In this document: positions 55,083-64,000 of the stretch, in pieces
Numbering within the stretch: position 1 is the stretch's first letter
Layout: every line of letters starts with the position of its first letter
Assembly: GCA_034429975.1 (NCBI GenBank)
Contig: DAOUFM010000118.1
Span: 18,570 to 82,569, forward strand
DNA: 64,000 nt
Source: Anaerolineaceae bacterium
GTDB lineage: Bacteria; Chloroflexota; Anaerolineae; Anaerolineales; Anaerolineaceae
Direction: 5' to 3'
The notes under the pieces: model-generated
The model's input: only the letters and a program-made list of their open reading frames with translations
The model's database searches: none
What the model was told of the DNA's origin: nothing
Made by a program: the position numbers and the translations under genes

Positions 55083-56387
55083 TTATTCTTTGGGTTCTGC
55101 TGGGTTAGCGCCAATAAATGTTCCATGGGGAATGATCGTGTTTTTCGGAATTACGACAATCCCATCCCGCACTGAAAATAAGGTCTCATCCATTTCAGTG
55201 CCCCTTGGAAATGGTCGGATTGTCACACCCCGTCCTATGCGCACGTTCTTATCCAGAATGGCTCCTTCAATATAAGAACCATTCCCGACTCCAATTGGAA
55301 TTTCAAAATCAAGCATACCTGGCAGGTAATCCTCACGATTACAGGAAGAAGTGCGATCATAATAATCAGCGCCCATCATAATTGTGTCAATAATCTGCAC
55401 CCCGGAACGAATTTGAGAACGCAGCCCAATGACCGAGTGGCGTATTTCAGCATGGTTGATACAACAGCCGTCCGTCAATAACACACTCTCTAATTGACTA
55501 TCTTCTATGGTAGAGCCCGGTAAAAAGCGTGGGTGCGAATAAATGGGGCTTTTCTGATCAAAGAAATTAAAAGGTGAATTTGGTCCGGTTAACAGCAAAT
55601 TGGTGTCATAAAAAGAACGAATCGTTCCAATATCTTCCCAGTAACCATCAAAATCAAATCCATACACGCGTTTATGGTCGATTGCTCCCGGAATAACATG
55701 TTTTCCAAAATCATCCATGCTGAAATTATCCAGCATTTCACATAAAACATCTGTGTTGAACATGTAAATTCCCATCGAGCCCAAAAAAGGCCGGGCTTCG
55801 TCATCACGACTCACCAGATCTGCCAGCACCTCCGGATCAGTCGGTTTTTCGGCAAAACGTGTGATTTCAAAGTTCTCATCCCGTTTTAAAATCCCAAAGC
55901 GATCGGTTTCATTTTTCCGGATAGGCTGCACTGCGATGGTAATTTCAGCATTTTTCTCCCAGTGGAAACGCGCCATTTCCTCATAGTCCATACGGTAAAG
56001 ATGATCACCCGCCAGAATTAAAACGTAAGGAGTACGGGCTGATTTGATCTCATATATTTGTTTTCTGACTGCGTCTGCGGTTCCTTGATACCAATCTTCG
56101 GTGTAAACCGTCTGCTCTGCTGCCCAAATCTGCACCCAGCCGGTGTGGAAAGCATCAAACTGGTAGGTGGCGGTGATGTGGCGATGTAAAGAGACCGAAT
56201 TGAATTGGGTTAAAACTGCCATTTTATAGATGCCAGAATTAATACAATTGCTGATGGGAATATCAATCAAACGATATTTACCGGCAATTGGCACCGCCGG
56301 TTTGGAACGCATCGAGGTTAACGGCTGTAATCGAGAACCGCGACCTCCTCCCAGTATCACCGCTAAAATCTGATTCATCGTTGGCAT
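55083..56387 (-). CDS. glgC: Glucose-1-phosphate adenylyltransferase
   Basis: ILGGGRGSRLQPLTSMRSKPAVPIAGKYRLIDIPISNCINSG. ATG 56387 lies 5 nt after a GGAGG SD; the track start is at 56411. Confidence 0.9.
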   Translation of the reverse strand: MPTMNQILAVILGGGRGSRLQPLTSMRSKPAVPIAGKYRLIDIPISNCINSGIYKMAVLTQFNSVSLHRHITATYQFDAFHTGWVQIWAAEQTVYTEDWYQGTADAVRKQIYEIKSARTPYVLILAGDHLYRMDYEEMARFHWEKNAEITIAVQPIRKNETDRFGILKRDENFEITRFAEKPTDPEVLADLVSRDDEARPFLGSMGIYMFNTDVLCEMLDNFSMDDFGKHVIPGAIDHKRVYGFDFDGYWEDIGTIRSFYDTNLLLTGPNSPFNFFDQKSPIYSHPRFLPGSTIEDSQLESVLLTDGCCINHAEIRHSVIGLRSQIRSGVQIIDTIMMGADYYDRTSSCNREDYLPGMLDFEIPIGVGNGSYIEGAILDKNVRIGRGVTIRPFPRGTEMDETLFSVRDGIVVIPKNTIIPHGTFIGANPAEPKE

Positions 56388-56545
56388 ATCAACCTCCAGC
56401 ACAATTCTCATTTAATTATAGATGAGCGAATAGAACTAGTCCAGATGTTGTTTCATCTCCTCTCATCGATTCAATTGTCTTATTTCAGAGGATGATAAAA
56501 TAAAACCAGTTCTCTCTCTTTCATTACTCAAAAATTAATGACCTC

Positions 56546-57802
56546 ATGACCCGCCCCCTAAAACCTGATCAGATACTGACCCCGCTGGGGATTGGATTAA
56601 CGCTTTCTTTACTGGGAGATTCCACCCTTTACACCGTACTGCCATCCCCGGATATTGCCAGTCAGGTTGGATTGAGTCTGGGAATGGTCGGTTTTCTCCT
56701 CGGCATCAATCGTCTGGTGCGCTTGCTCTTTAATAGTATCGCCGGCTGGATCTATGATCGCCTGCCCCGCCGCCCATTAATGCTCATTTCTCTGGCAACT
56801 GCCACTCTCTCAACTACTTTTTATGCCTTTGGATCCGGACCCTTCGTGTTGACAATTGGCCGAATTTTGTGGGGTATATCCTGGGCGGGTATGTGGATCG
56901 GAGCCAACAGCATTGCCCTGGATATTTCGAATGATTTGAATCGCGGCAGCATCAATGGGAAGTTGCAAATGTGGTACTTCATCGGCATCGCTATTTCGTC
57001 CTTTTGTGGAGGGCTCTTTACAGATCTTTTCGCTTTTCGCGGTGGTATGTGGGTCAGTGCATTTTTTGCCGCTTGCGGATGGCTGATCTGGTTACGATTT
57101 TTACCAGAAACCCGTTATTTAAAGGAAAGAACGTTTGATCCTTCTTTAAAGGAAGAAAGCAAACAGAAAACCAACTTTCCCTGGAAATTAACCATCGCCT
57201 GTGGAATCCCATTTTTTATCATTCGTGTCGTATTTATCGGTATTTTAGGCGCCACCACAATTTTATGGTTATCACAATTTATGGCAGATGGTAGTTTACT
57301 CCTGGGCGATACCATCCTGCCGCTGGCTACTTTGAGTGGCACCTTTATTGCTGTACGCCTCGTTATCAGCGTCCTTAGCGCTCCTCCGGTTGGTTGGGTT
57401 TCTGACAAACTTAATCGCCGTTGGGCGGTTTTAGTAGTGCTCTTTTTGCTTTTTGGATCTGGAGGCTTTATCATTCTGGCATCCCAAAATATTTGGGTGT
57501 CAATACTTGGGGTGATCACTTCAGCTATCGCGGGCGGGAGTATCCCGGGGATTATAACTGCAATTATTGGTGATCAAATCCCGCAGGATCACCAAAGCCG
57601 TGTGTTGGGGTTTGTTTTTTCTTTTGGTGATCTGGGTTCAGCCATCGGACCGGCGTTGGCGCTCAGTTTGATGGGCGTCATCAGTCTTCCTGCATTATTT
57701 CTTGGCTGTGCACTTTTGCTCGCTTTAACAGGTGGCTTGCTATTGATTCCAGCACTTTTTGAACATCGAAAAACAATTTTAAACGAAAAACGACTTGCAT
57801 AA
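56546..57802 (+). CDS. MFS transporter
   Basis: 418 aa, about 12 TM, with an MFS loop motif GWIYDRLPRRP. Confidence 0.8.
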   Translation: MTRPLKPDQILTPLGIGLTLSLLGDSTLYTVLPSPDIASQVGLSLGMVGFLLGINRLVRLLFNSIAGWIYDRLPRRPLMLISLATATLSTTFYAFGSGPFVLTIGRILWGISWAGMWIGANSIALDISNDLNRGSINGKLQMWYFIGIAISSFCGGLFTDLFAFRGGMWVSAFFAACGWLIWLRFLPETRYLKERTFDPSLKEESKQKTNFPWKLTIACGIPFFIIRVVFIGILGATTILWLSQFMADGSLLLGDTILPLATLSGTFIAVRLVISVLSAPPVGWVSDKLNRRWAVLVVLFLLFGSGGFIILASQNIWVSILGVITSAIAGGSIPGIITAIIGDQIPQDHQSRVLGFVFSFGDLGSAIGPALALSLMGVISLPALFLGCALLLALTGGLLLIPALFEHRKTILNEKRLA

Positions 57803-57840
57803 GAAAATGTACAGGTCGTTCAGAGTTTAGTAAACAGTAT

Positions 57841-58362
57841 TCAGGCGATTTCCAGCGGTTTTTGATTTACCTGCTGGCTCACTTTAACAGGGATGGATTC
57901 CATCAGTGCTTTTTCTGTAAAGCACATTTGTCTTGAAACCTTGATCAGATCCGCTATTTTGGTTTCTTCTTCTTCCGAGTCGATCAGAATTTCAATTTCG
58001 AAGCCATCACAAAAACCTTCAGCATCACCTTTTAAAACCGAGCCCTGTTCATGGAAATGAGCCGTCACATTCACCCGTTCATTTCGGATATTCAGCTTTC
58101 TTTTAGCCGCAACCTGCGACACATGGGAGATCAGTCAAAGCGCCATCCCGGCAACGAAATACGAAAGCGGGGTTGGTGCTGTGCCTTCTCCACCCGGCAT
58201 ATAAGAACCCTCGTCGCTAATAAAAGCGTACATGCGTCCGGTTTCCGGTTGCCCGGCCAATACCTGTTTTCTCCATTTTTCGATGGATGAAGCTTCAGCG
58301 CGAACTTCGATCCCTCTAAAACCAGTGGGAGTTTTATTGTCTGTCATGATGATTCCTTTCAT
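57841..58362 (-). CDS. OsmC/Ohr-family protein interrupted by an in-frame TGA at the catalytic Cys position; candidate selenoprotein, otherwise a pseudogene
   Basis: Track ORFs 58135-58362 and 57841-58122 are in the same frame, separated only by TGA (58137..58135) plus 4 codons. The joined sequence reads ...GGEGTAPTPLSYFVAGMAL-U-LISHVSQVAAKRKL...SRQMCFTEKAL. An alternative start at ATG 58347 has an AAGGA SD. Confidence 0.6.
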
Positions 58363-58429
58363 CCTGAATTTTTATCAGTATAGCACGGATAAAAAGAAGA
58401 AAGAATTTAATACCATGCCAATATCAACA

Positions 58430-60406
58430 TCAGGCTTTCATTAACCGCATGCCATTTAAGATGACAATCAAGACGGATGCCTGATGGATTAACATTCCAC
58501 CAGCCATATGAACCTCTCGCAGTAAGACGCCTGCCAGCAAAGCCGCTACTGTAACAAGGGCAATGAATACATTCTGGTGGATATTTCTTAAAACCGCCTT
58601 CGATAAAGAGATGGCCTGGGGAATTTTCCGTAAATCATCCGCCATCAAGGCGATGTCGGCGGTTTCGATCGCAATCCCGGAACCAGCCGCTCCCATAGCT
58701 ATCCCGATATCCGCAGAAGCCAGGGCGGGGGCATCATTAATTCCATCCCCAACCATCGCCACAACCTTATGTTCCTTTTTAAGTTGTTGAATGATTTCTA
58801 GTTTGTTTTCGGGCAACAGGTTGGCATACACATGCTCAATCCCGGCTTGTCTGGCGACCGCCTGGGCAGTCACCTCATCATCTCCTGTCAGCATGACAAT
58901 TTTCTGCAATCCGATGTGCTTCAATTCCGTGATCATTTCAGGCGACTTCCGGCGAATAGAGTCAGCAATCCCAAAAATGCCGATGATATTCTGATCCTTT
59001 GCGACCAAGACAGCGGTTTTCCCATCGGATTTCAGAATATTCAGCGCCTGTTGAACAGGTTCCGAGCAATAAATGCCCGCGTCTCCCATCAATTCTTCCG
59101 TACCAATGCGGATACGGATTCCCTGATATTGGGTTGACACTCCCTTACCGAGCAACAACTGAAATTCATCCGGTTCGGGGATTTCACCCAGACGATTGGC
59201 AGCTTCCATGATGGGTTTTGCAAGCGGATGCTCAGAATGAATTTCAGCAATCCCAGCCCAATATAAGATTGATTTCTGATCCTCGGACCAGGCATCATTA
59301 TTGTTATCTGCATTACTATCCGATAGGCTGACCTCAGTCGAGTTTTCAACCACCAGAATATCGGTTAGACGAGGTTTCCCCTCCGTCAAGGTTCCGGTTT
59401 TATCTAGGGCAATTGCCTGAATTTTGCCGGCATTTTCCAAGTATTCTCCGCCTTTGATCAAAATCCCCTGTTTGGCAGCCCGGCCAATTCCAGCCACAAT
59501 TGACACCGGAGTAGAGATAACCAGGGCACCTGGGCAGCCAATCACTAACAAAGTCAGAGATAGGTCAATATCCCGCGTGATTAAAAAAGTAAGAACGCTT
59601 AACCCAATGATCGCCGGAGTATACCATTGCGAAAAGCGCTCCATAAACCGTTGCGTGGGAGCTTTTTCTTCCTGAGCTTCCTCCACACGTTGAATGATTC
59701 GTACCAGAGTGGTATCTGCTCCAATACCGGTTGCTTTAATCTTTAACACACCATTCTGGATGATACTTCCTGCAAAAACGCGACTCCCAACTGATTTCTC
59801 CTCCGGAATCGGTTCACCAGTAATAGCACTTTCATTCACCGCTGCGATACCTTCTACCACCTCTCCATCCACTGGAATTTTAGAGCCTGGTTTAATTAAC
59901 AGGAGATCACCCCTTTGTACTTCCCCCGCAGCAATTTCCACCTGTTTTCCTTTTCTTAAGACAATCGCTGTAACAGGCACTAAATCTAATAAATCACTCA
60001 GCACTTCGCGGGTGCGGCTTAAGGTGCGTGCTTCCAGGTAGGCGCCAAACATAAAAAGAAAGGTGACAGCCGCCGCCTCCCAGTATTCCCCAATGATTAA
60101 TGCTCCAATAAAAGCAATGCTCACCAGAAGTTCAATACTAAAGGCCTTGTTACGCAGGTTAATCCAGGCGCGTTCAACAATATCCGCACCGGCGATGACG
60201 GCTGCAATTATCAGAAGCAGGTTCCCAACTAAAAAGAGAGCTGGAATTAACCTGGCTCCCAATCCAATCAGGATTAGAACCCCACTCAGAGAGGTAATAA
60301 ATTTACGGCGATTCCGGGCATCCTGATACCATTTTTTGAAGAGAGCAGCAAAAGAAATTGAGTTTTTATTGATGTTAGAAAGCTGAGACACTGGCTTCAT
60401 ATCCAA
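58430..60406 (-). CDS. P1B-type heavy-metal ATPase lacking a fused metal-binding domain; TM motif CPG
   Basis: DKTGTLT, SEHPLAKPI and GDGINDAPAL motifs. The TM motif is VIGCPGALVISTP and the last TM reads IHQASVLIVILNGMRLM. The start is TTG 60406 or ATG 60400. Confidence 0.88.
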   Translation of the reverse strand: MDMKPVSQLSNINKNSISFAALFKKWYQDARNRRKFITSLSGVLILIGLGARLIPALFLVGNLLLIIAAVIAGADIVERAWINLRNKAFSIELLVSIAFIGALIIGEYWEAAAVTFLFMFGAYLEARTLSRTREVLSDLLDLVPVTAIVLRKGKQVEIAAGEVQRGDLLLIKPGSKIPVDGEVVEGIAAVNESAITGEPIPEEKSVGSRVFAGSIIQNGVLKIKATGIGADTTLVRIIQRVEEAQEEKAPTQRFMERFSQWYTPAIIGLSVLTFLITRDIDLSLTLLVIGCPGALVISTPVSIVAGIGRAAKQGILIKGGEYLENAGKIQAIALDKTGTLTEGKPRLTDILVVENSTEVSLSDSNADNNNDAWSEDQKSILYWAGIAEIHSEHPLAKPIMEAANRLGEIPEPDEFQLLLGKGVSTQYQGIRIRIGTEELMGDAGIYCSEPVQQALNILKSDGKTAVLVAKDQNIIGIFGIADSIRRKSPEMITELKHIGLQKIVMLTGDDEVTAQAVARQAGIEHVYANLLPENKLEIIQQLKKEHKVVAMVGDGINDAPALASADIGIAMGAAGSGIAIETADIALMADDLRKIPQAISLSKAVLRNIHQNVFIALVTVAALLAGVLLREVHMAGGMLIHQASVLIVILNGMRLMKA

Positions 60407-60590
60407 CAGACTGAACGGCTTTTACTAGATCATCGCTTTTTACCAGTTGTTCATCATGTTCTACAGCAATTCGACCTGTTGAGAAGAAAACTTTCGCGCT
60501 GGAAACGCCCTTCAAGCTGGTCAGAGCTTTCTCAATTTTTGCCACACAAGAGGGGCAGGATAATTCAGCACTTCTTAAGGTTGTTTTCAT
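60375..60590 (-). CDS. HMA-domain metallochaperone-like protein (CxxC)
   Basis: 71 aa with LSCPSCVAKIEKAL. AGGAG SD 7 nt upstream. Overlaps the ATPase start by 26-32 nt. Confidence 0.8.
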   Translation of the reverse strand: MKTTLRSAELSCPSCVAKIEKALTSLKGVSSAKVFFSTGRIAVEHDEQLVKSDDLVKAVQSVGYEASVSAF

Positions 60591-60688
60591 GGTTTATCTC
60601 CTTTTGGTAATTTTTCCCAATTATAAAGGAAATAACCAGACTCTTCTCTGCGCTGGATCAGTTAATCGCAGGCAATTTCATTTTTTTT

Positions 60689-61441
60689 TTATTGTTCGGG
60701 GTTTGCCAGACTCAGAATTCCATCCCAATTAATAATTGAAATCCATTTGCGGCCGCTCTTAATCACCCCAATCCTCTGATATTGGCGCAACACCCGGCTG
60801 ACGGTTTCGGGCGTGGTTGCGGTCATTTCTGCCAGATCCTCACGCGAGATGGGGGCATTAATTAGAATTCCTTGCCCGGTGGGTTTTCCTAATTTTTCTC
60901 CTAATGTCACCAATGTCGCCGCAATTCGTTTTTCGACTGGCATCGTGCTGATCGTAAAAACCCGTTGGTTGGCAGCAATCAGTTTTTTTTCCATAATCTG
61001 CAACGATTTAATTGCCAGAGAAGGAAACTTTTCCAGAATTTGACCAAAAGCCTGACTGTTAATGCTCAATACACAGCAGGAGGTTAAAGCTTGGACAGTA
61101 TCAGGGTATATTTTTGATCCAAATACTGACAAATTTCCGAATAAATCTCCTTCCAGGAGGATATCCAGCAAGACATTGCGCTTTTCAAAGCCGGGTTGAA
61201 ATAATTTAAGCTTTCCTTCCGCAACTACGTACATTTTTTCGGCTAAATCACCGGTGAAATAAATAAATTCATTGGGTTCATAACCGAGTGAAGCAAATTG
61301 CTGATTGACCTGATCTAATTCTTCTGGCGTGAGGTCAGTAAAAAAAGGTAACCGGCCTAAGATTTTTAAACGCAGGTCGATTGAACAATGATGTTCATGC
61401 GTAAAAACCAGATTAACCGGAGATTTTCTGCGGGCATTCAT
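60689..61441 (-). CDS. Crp/Fnr-family transcriptional regulator
   Basis: cNMP-binding-like beta-barrel plus a C-terminal HTH (REDLAEMTATTPETVSRVLRQ). The N-terminus carries THEHHCS. Confidence 0.85.
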   Translation of the reverse strand: MNARRKSPVNLVFTHEHHCSIDLRLKILGRLPFFTDLTPEELDQVNQQFASLGYEPNEFIYFTGDLAEKMYVVAEGKLKLFQPGFEKRNVLLDILLEGDLFGNLSVFGSKIYPDTVQALTSCCVLSINSQAFGQILEKFPSLAIKSLQIMEKKLIAANQRVFTISTMPVEKRIAATLVTLGEKLGKPTGQGILINAPISREDLAEMTATTPETVSRVLRQYQRIGVIKSGRKWISIINWDGILSLANPEQ

Positions 61442-61687
61442 GCAATGTATTATAGCAAATCATCGTTTATTTGATGGTTTTAGGTTAACAATTTAGCGGA
61501 TTTAAGTCATAATCCCAAATCAAAACCTGAATATTTTGTTTTTTATATCAAATTCATTCGTTTTATGTTACTATTTTGTTTGTTTCTGGATAGAACATAG
61601 TTAATTAATGGTTATTTGTTGTAGAATATTGACAAAATCAGATAACAATTCAAATATAATAAACAAAAAATGTCCGAACTCTAAAAA

Positions 61688-63490
61688 ATGAAAACTGCGC
61701 ATTTGAAAATTCAGCAATCAAATCGGGTAGGAAGAATAATCATATCAATCATTTTCTTCTTCCTATACATTGGGACATTTCTTGTCGCTCAACCTCTATT
61801 GGGAAATGGCATTTCGGTATTGTCCATTTTTCCAGTAATATTGGTTATTTTGTTTTTCGGTTTGAAATGGGGAATCCTTAGCAGTGTATTTATCCTGGTT
61901 GTAAATTTCCATTTATTTATGAATTTTATTAACCCACAGGGACTATTTTTTGCATTGAAGGCTAGCATTCCTGGATTTATTATTAATTTGGTTGGGGTTT
62001 CAGCCGCGGGTGTTCTTCTGGGTTTTCATACCGGTTTTACCAAAGAGCTTGAGGAACGCGAATTATTCGAAAGGGCTTTGCAAAAAAGTGAGCAACGCTA
62101 CCGGTCACAATTTACAAACATGATTGATGGTATGGCGATTGATGAAATTATCTATGCAGATGGAGAACCGGTTGATTGGGTGATACTGGATGTAAATCCG
62201 GCTTATGAAAAAATTATGAATACAACCCGGGATGAAGTTGTTGGTAAATCTGCTACCACCCTTTACGGGTTTTTCGGTAACATCCGTCCGATCGTAAAGG
62301 ATTTTGACAAAGCGTTAAAAACAGGCCAGCCGGTTTCCAAAGAAATTTATTCAGCTTTACATGTAGGAAAAATTCTTTACACCGCTTTTTCAATGGGCGA
62401 GAATCAAGTGGCTGTTATTTTTAAAGAAATCGAAGATCAGGAAAAAGTTCTTCTGGCAGAAAAGAAACATCGCGATTATATGGACACCTTAGCCACCATT
62501 ACTTCCGCTTTAAACAAAACCATAAAATTGGATGAAGTTCTGGATATTATACTTGCCAGCATGGAGAAATTTGTTCCTTTTGATGCCGCCGATATTACTC
62601 TGATTCAAGATAATCGCTTAAAAATGGCGCGCTATAGTGGTTATGAGAAATTTGGACTGGAAGATTTTGCGAAAAATTTCGAAGTCCGGTTGGACGAAAT
62701 GTTAACCACCCATTGGATGCTGGAAAATAAAACACAATTAATTATTGCTGACACGTCAAATTCTGATCTTTGGACGACTTTCCCGGAAGTAAACTGGATC
62801 AAATCCTACTTGGGAATTCCTATCTTTATGAAAGGACAATTAACTGGTTTTCTTAATTTCCTCAGTGCGAAAAAAGGATTCTACGAAAATTTTATAGTAG
62901 ACCAAATAATCCCGTTTACAGAACAGGCTGCTTTTGCAATTGAGAACTCACGCTTGTACAAAGAAGTTCAGGAGTTAGCAGTTGTTGATCCATTAACCAA
63001 AGCTTATAACCGTCGTGGGTTTGCAGAAATTGCGAATCGTGAAATTGAAATTTCTCATCGCTTTTTCCGACCATTATCATTATTATTTTTGGACATTGAC
63101 CATTTTAAAGAGGTCAATGATGTTTTTGGACATGCCGTTGGGGATCAAATATTATTTGAAATTGCAGAGCGATGCCGAAATTCAATCAGGAATGTGGATG
63201 TCGTTAGCCGGCATGGGGGTGAAGAATTTCTAGTTTTGTTAATGGAAACCGGTTTAACCGATGGCTTAAGAACTGCCAGACGGATTCAGGCAATCATAAA
63301 AGATTATCCATTTCAAACAGTAGCCGGCCCGATTTCAATCACCGTATCGGTGGGTGTGGCGGAGTTTAATCATCAGGTTGAAGGATTGGATGCTTTGATC
63401 CATAATGCCGATATGGCTTTGTACAAAGCCAAATCCAGCGGCCGTAATCAGGTAATTGCTTTCCAATCCCTGGATGAAAATTCAAATTAA
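61688..63490 (+). CDS. Membrane-anchored PAS-GAF-GGDEF diguanylate cyclase
   Basis: About 5 N-terminal TM segments, then PAS-like and GAF-like regions. Intact active site SRHGGEEFLVLL. Confidence 0.85.
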   Translation: MKTAHLKIQQSNRVGRIIISIIFFFLYIGTFLVAQPLLGNGISVLSIFPVILVILFFGLKWGILSSVFILVVNFHLFMNFINPQGLFFALKASIPGFIINLVGVSAAGVLLGFHTGFTKELEERELFERALQKSEQRYRSQFTNMIDGMAIDEIIYADGEPVDWVILDVNPAYEKIMNTTRDEVVGKSATTLYGFFGNIRPIVKDFDKALKTGQPVSKEIYSALHVGKILYTAFSMGENQVAVIFKEIEDQEKVLLAEKKHRDYMDTLATITSALNKTIKLDEVLDIILASMEKFVPFDAADITLIQDNRLKMARYSGYEKFGLEDFAKNFEVRLDEMLTTHWMLENKTQLIIADTSNSDLWTTFPEVNWIKSYLGIPIFMKGQLTGFLNFLSAKKGFYENFIVDQIIPFTEQAAFAIENSRLYKEVQELAVVDPLTKAYNRRGFAEIANREIEISHRFFRPLSLLFLDIDHFKEVNDVFGHAVGDQILFEIAERCRNSIRNVDVVSRHGGEEFLVLLMETGLTDGLRTARRIQAIIKDYPFQTVAGPISITVSVGVAEFNHQVEGLDALIHNADMALYKAKSSGRNQVIAFQSLDENSN

Positions 63491-63532
63491 TAAAAATTTT
63501 TATACCCCTTGTGGGTACCTCCGATCTCGTAA

Positions 63533-63560
63533 TAAAAAAAGACCTCTCGCGAAGTCTTTT
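63533..63560. terminator. Bidirectional terminator-like hairpin
   Basis: AAAAGAC...GTCTTTT with an inner TCGCGA palindrome, lying between convergent genes. Confidence 0.45.
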
Positions 63561-63646
63561 GCTCAGGCGGGAGCGACGGGGTTCACCTTATATCCAAGTA
63601 ATTTCGAAAGAATTTAAGTAAATGCACAAACAATAATTTTGATTTT

Positions 63647-64000
63647 TTAATCTGCTAATCTGCGCAACAGATCATTAAAATATTGTTGGAATTCACTGGA
63701 GATAATATCTTTTTGCGCTGCTCGCGGCAAAATTGATTGAAAGTGCTTCTTTAACTCGTCCAAATCGATGAAATTCGATTTAACAAGAAATACCACATCC
63801 TCCATGTCACTTTCAAATCCTCGCGCAATTTTACTGATCGCAATGGTGTATAGATCGAACAAATAAACTTTAATCTGACCGAACCGACCAATAAATTTTC
63901 TACGAGTTTCCGCTCCTGCAGGAAGTGGAACAAATTCAGCTATAGGCACTTCTTCAATATCCAACTGATACTCAACTGCCAGCTCGTTCATAATCGTTTC
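63647..64000 (-). CDS. Hypothetical protein, probably 5'-truncated by the window end (possibly the C-terminal part of a nucleotidyltransferase-fold protein)
   Basis: 114-aa ORF from ATG 63991, but the frame stays open to position 64000. The functional call is tentative. Confidence 0.5.
   Translation of the reverse strand, partial: ETIMNELAVEYQLDIEEVPIAEFVPLPAGAETRRKFIGRFGQIKVYLFDLYTIAISKIARGFESDMEDVVFLVKSNFIDLDELKKHFQSILPRAAQKDIISSEFQQYFNDLLRRLAD

Noticed and set aside
60375-60406. Frameshift splitting an originally fused HMA-ATPase gene
   Set aside because: The ATPase frame is closed by a stop at 60424..60422. The HMA gene has its own stop and strong SD. ATPases with this type of last-TM motif commonly lack fused HMA domains. 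A genuine overlap of two genes seems more likely, though an indel cannot be excluded without reads.
63560-63600. tRNA-like fragment or att site (GACGGGGTTCACC)
   Set aside because: No complementary T-stem or acceptor stem could be folded, so the resemblance to a T-arm is superficial.

Overview
The window is a bacterial chromosomal segment with strong Shine-Dalgarno sites, many overlapping stop/start junctions and mid-range G+C. The lineage cannot be proven from here; the gene content would suit a Chloroflexota/Anaerolineae-like organism, but that is a low-confidence inference. Most of it is housekeeping. It holds a BMP-family nucleoside-type ABC transporter operon (4.2-8.8 kb) and gatCA. A nearly complete de novo purine operon runs 24.0-35.0 kb (purL with two fused PurS-like repeats, purQ, purC, class II purE, purF, a purD-purM fusion, purN, purH). 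There is also a livKHMGF-type ABC operon (37.3-41.9 kb, minus strand), gdhA, glgC, rnhB, mgtE, tRNA-Pro(UGG) and two GGDEF proteins. A metal-efflux module (Crp/Fnr regulator, HMA protein, P1B-ATPase) completes the list. One intact IS21-family element (17963-20502, istAB) has 6-bp target duplications and sits inside a predicted promoter upstream of mgtE. Three unrelated short-unit tandem repeat arrays lie in intergenic DNA. The most interesting loci are these. (i) An OsmC-family gene has an in-frame TGA at the catalytic Cys position and a SECIS-like hairpin, making it a candidate selenoprotein. (ii) An AT-rich island (about 41.9-47.3 kb) encodes a translationally coupled operon: a polytopic membrane protein, a 37-aa miniprotein, a Tat-exported MBL-fold enzyme and two proteins with no domain I recognise. 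It sits next to a divergent XRE-cupin regulator. (iii) PurQ has Gly in place of its catalytic Cys. An edge-truncated fdrA gene (1-1346, minus strand) is missing from the supplied ORF track. All calls rest on reading the sequence and on remembered family motifs; no searches were run.
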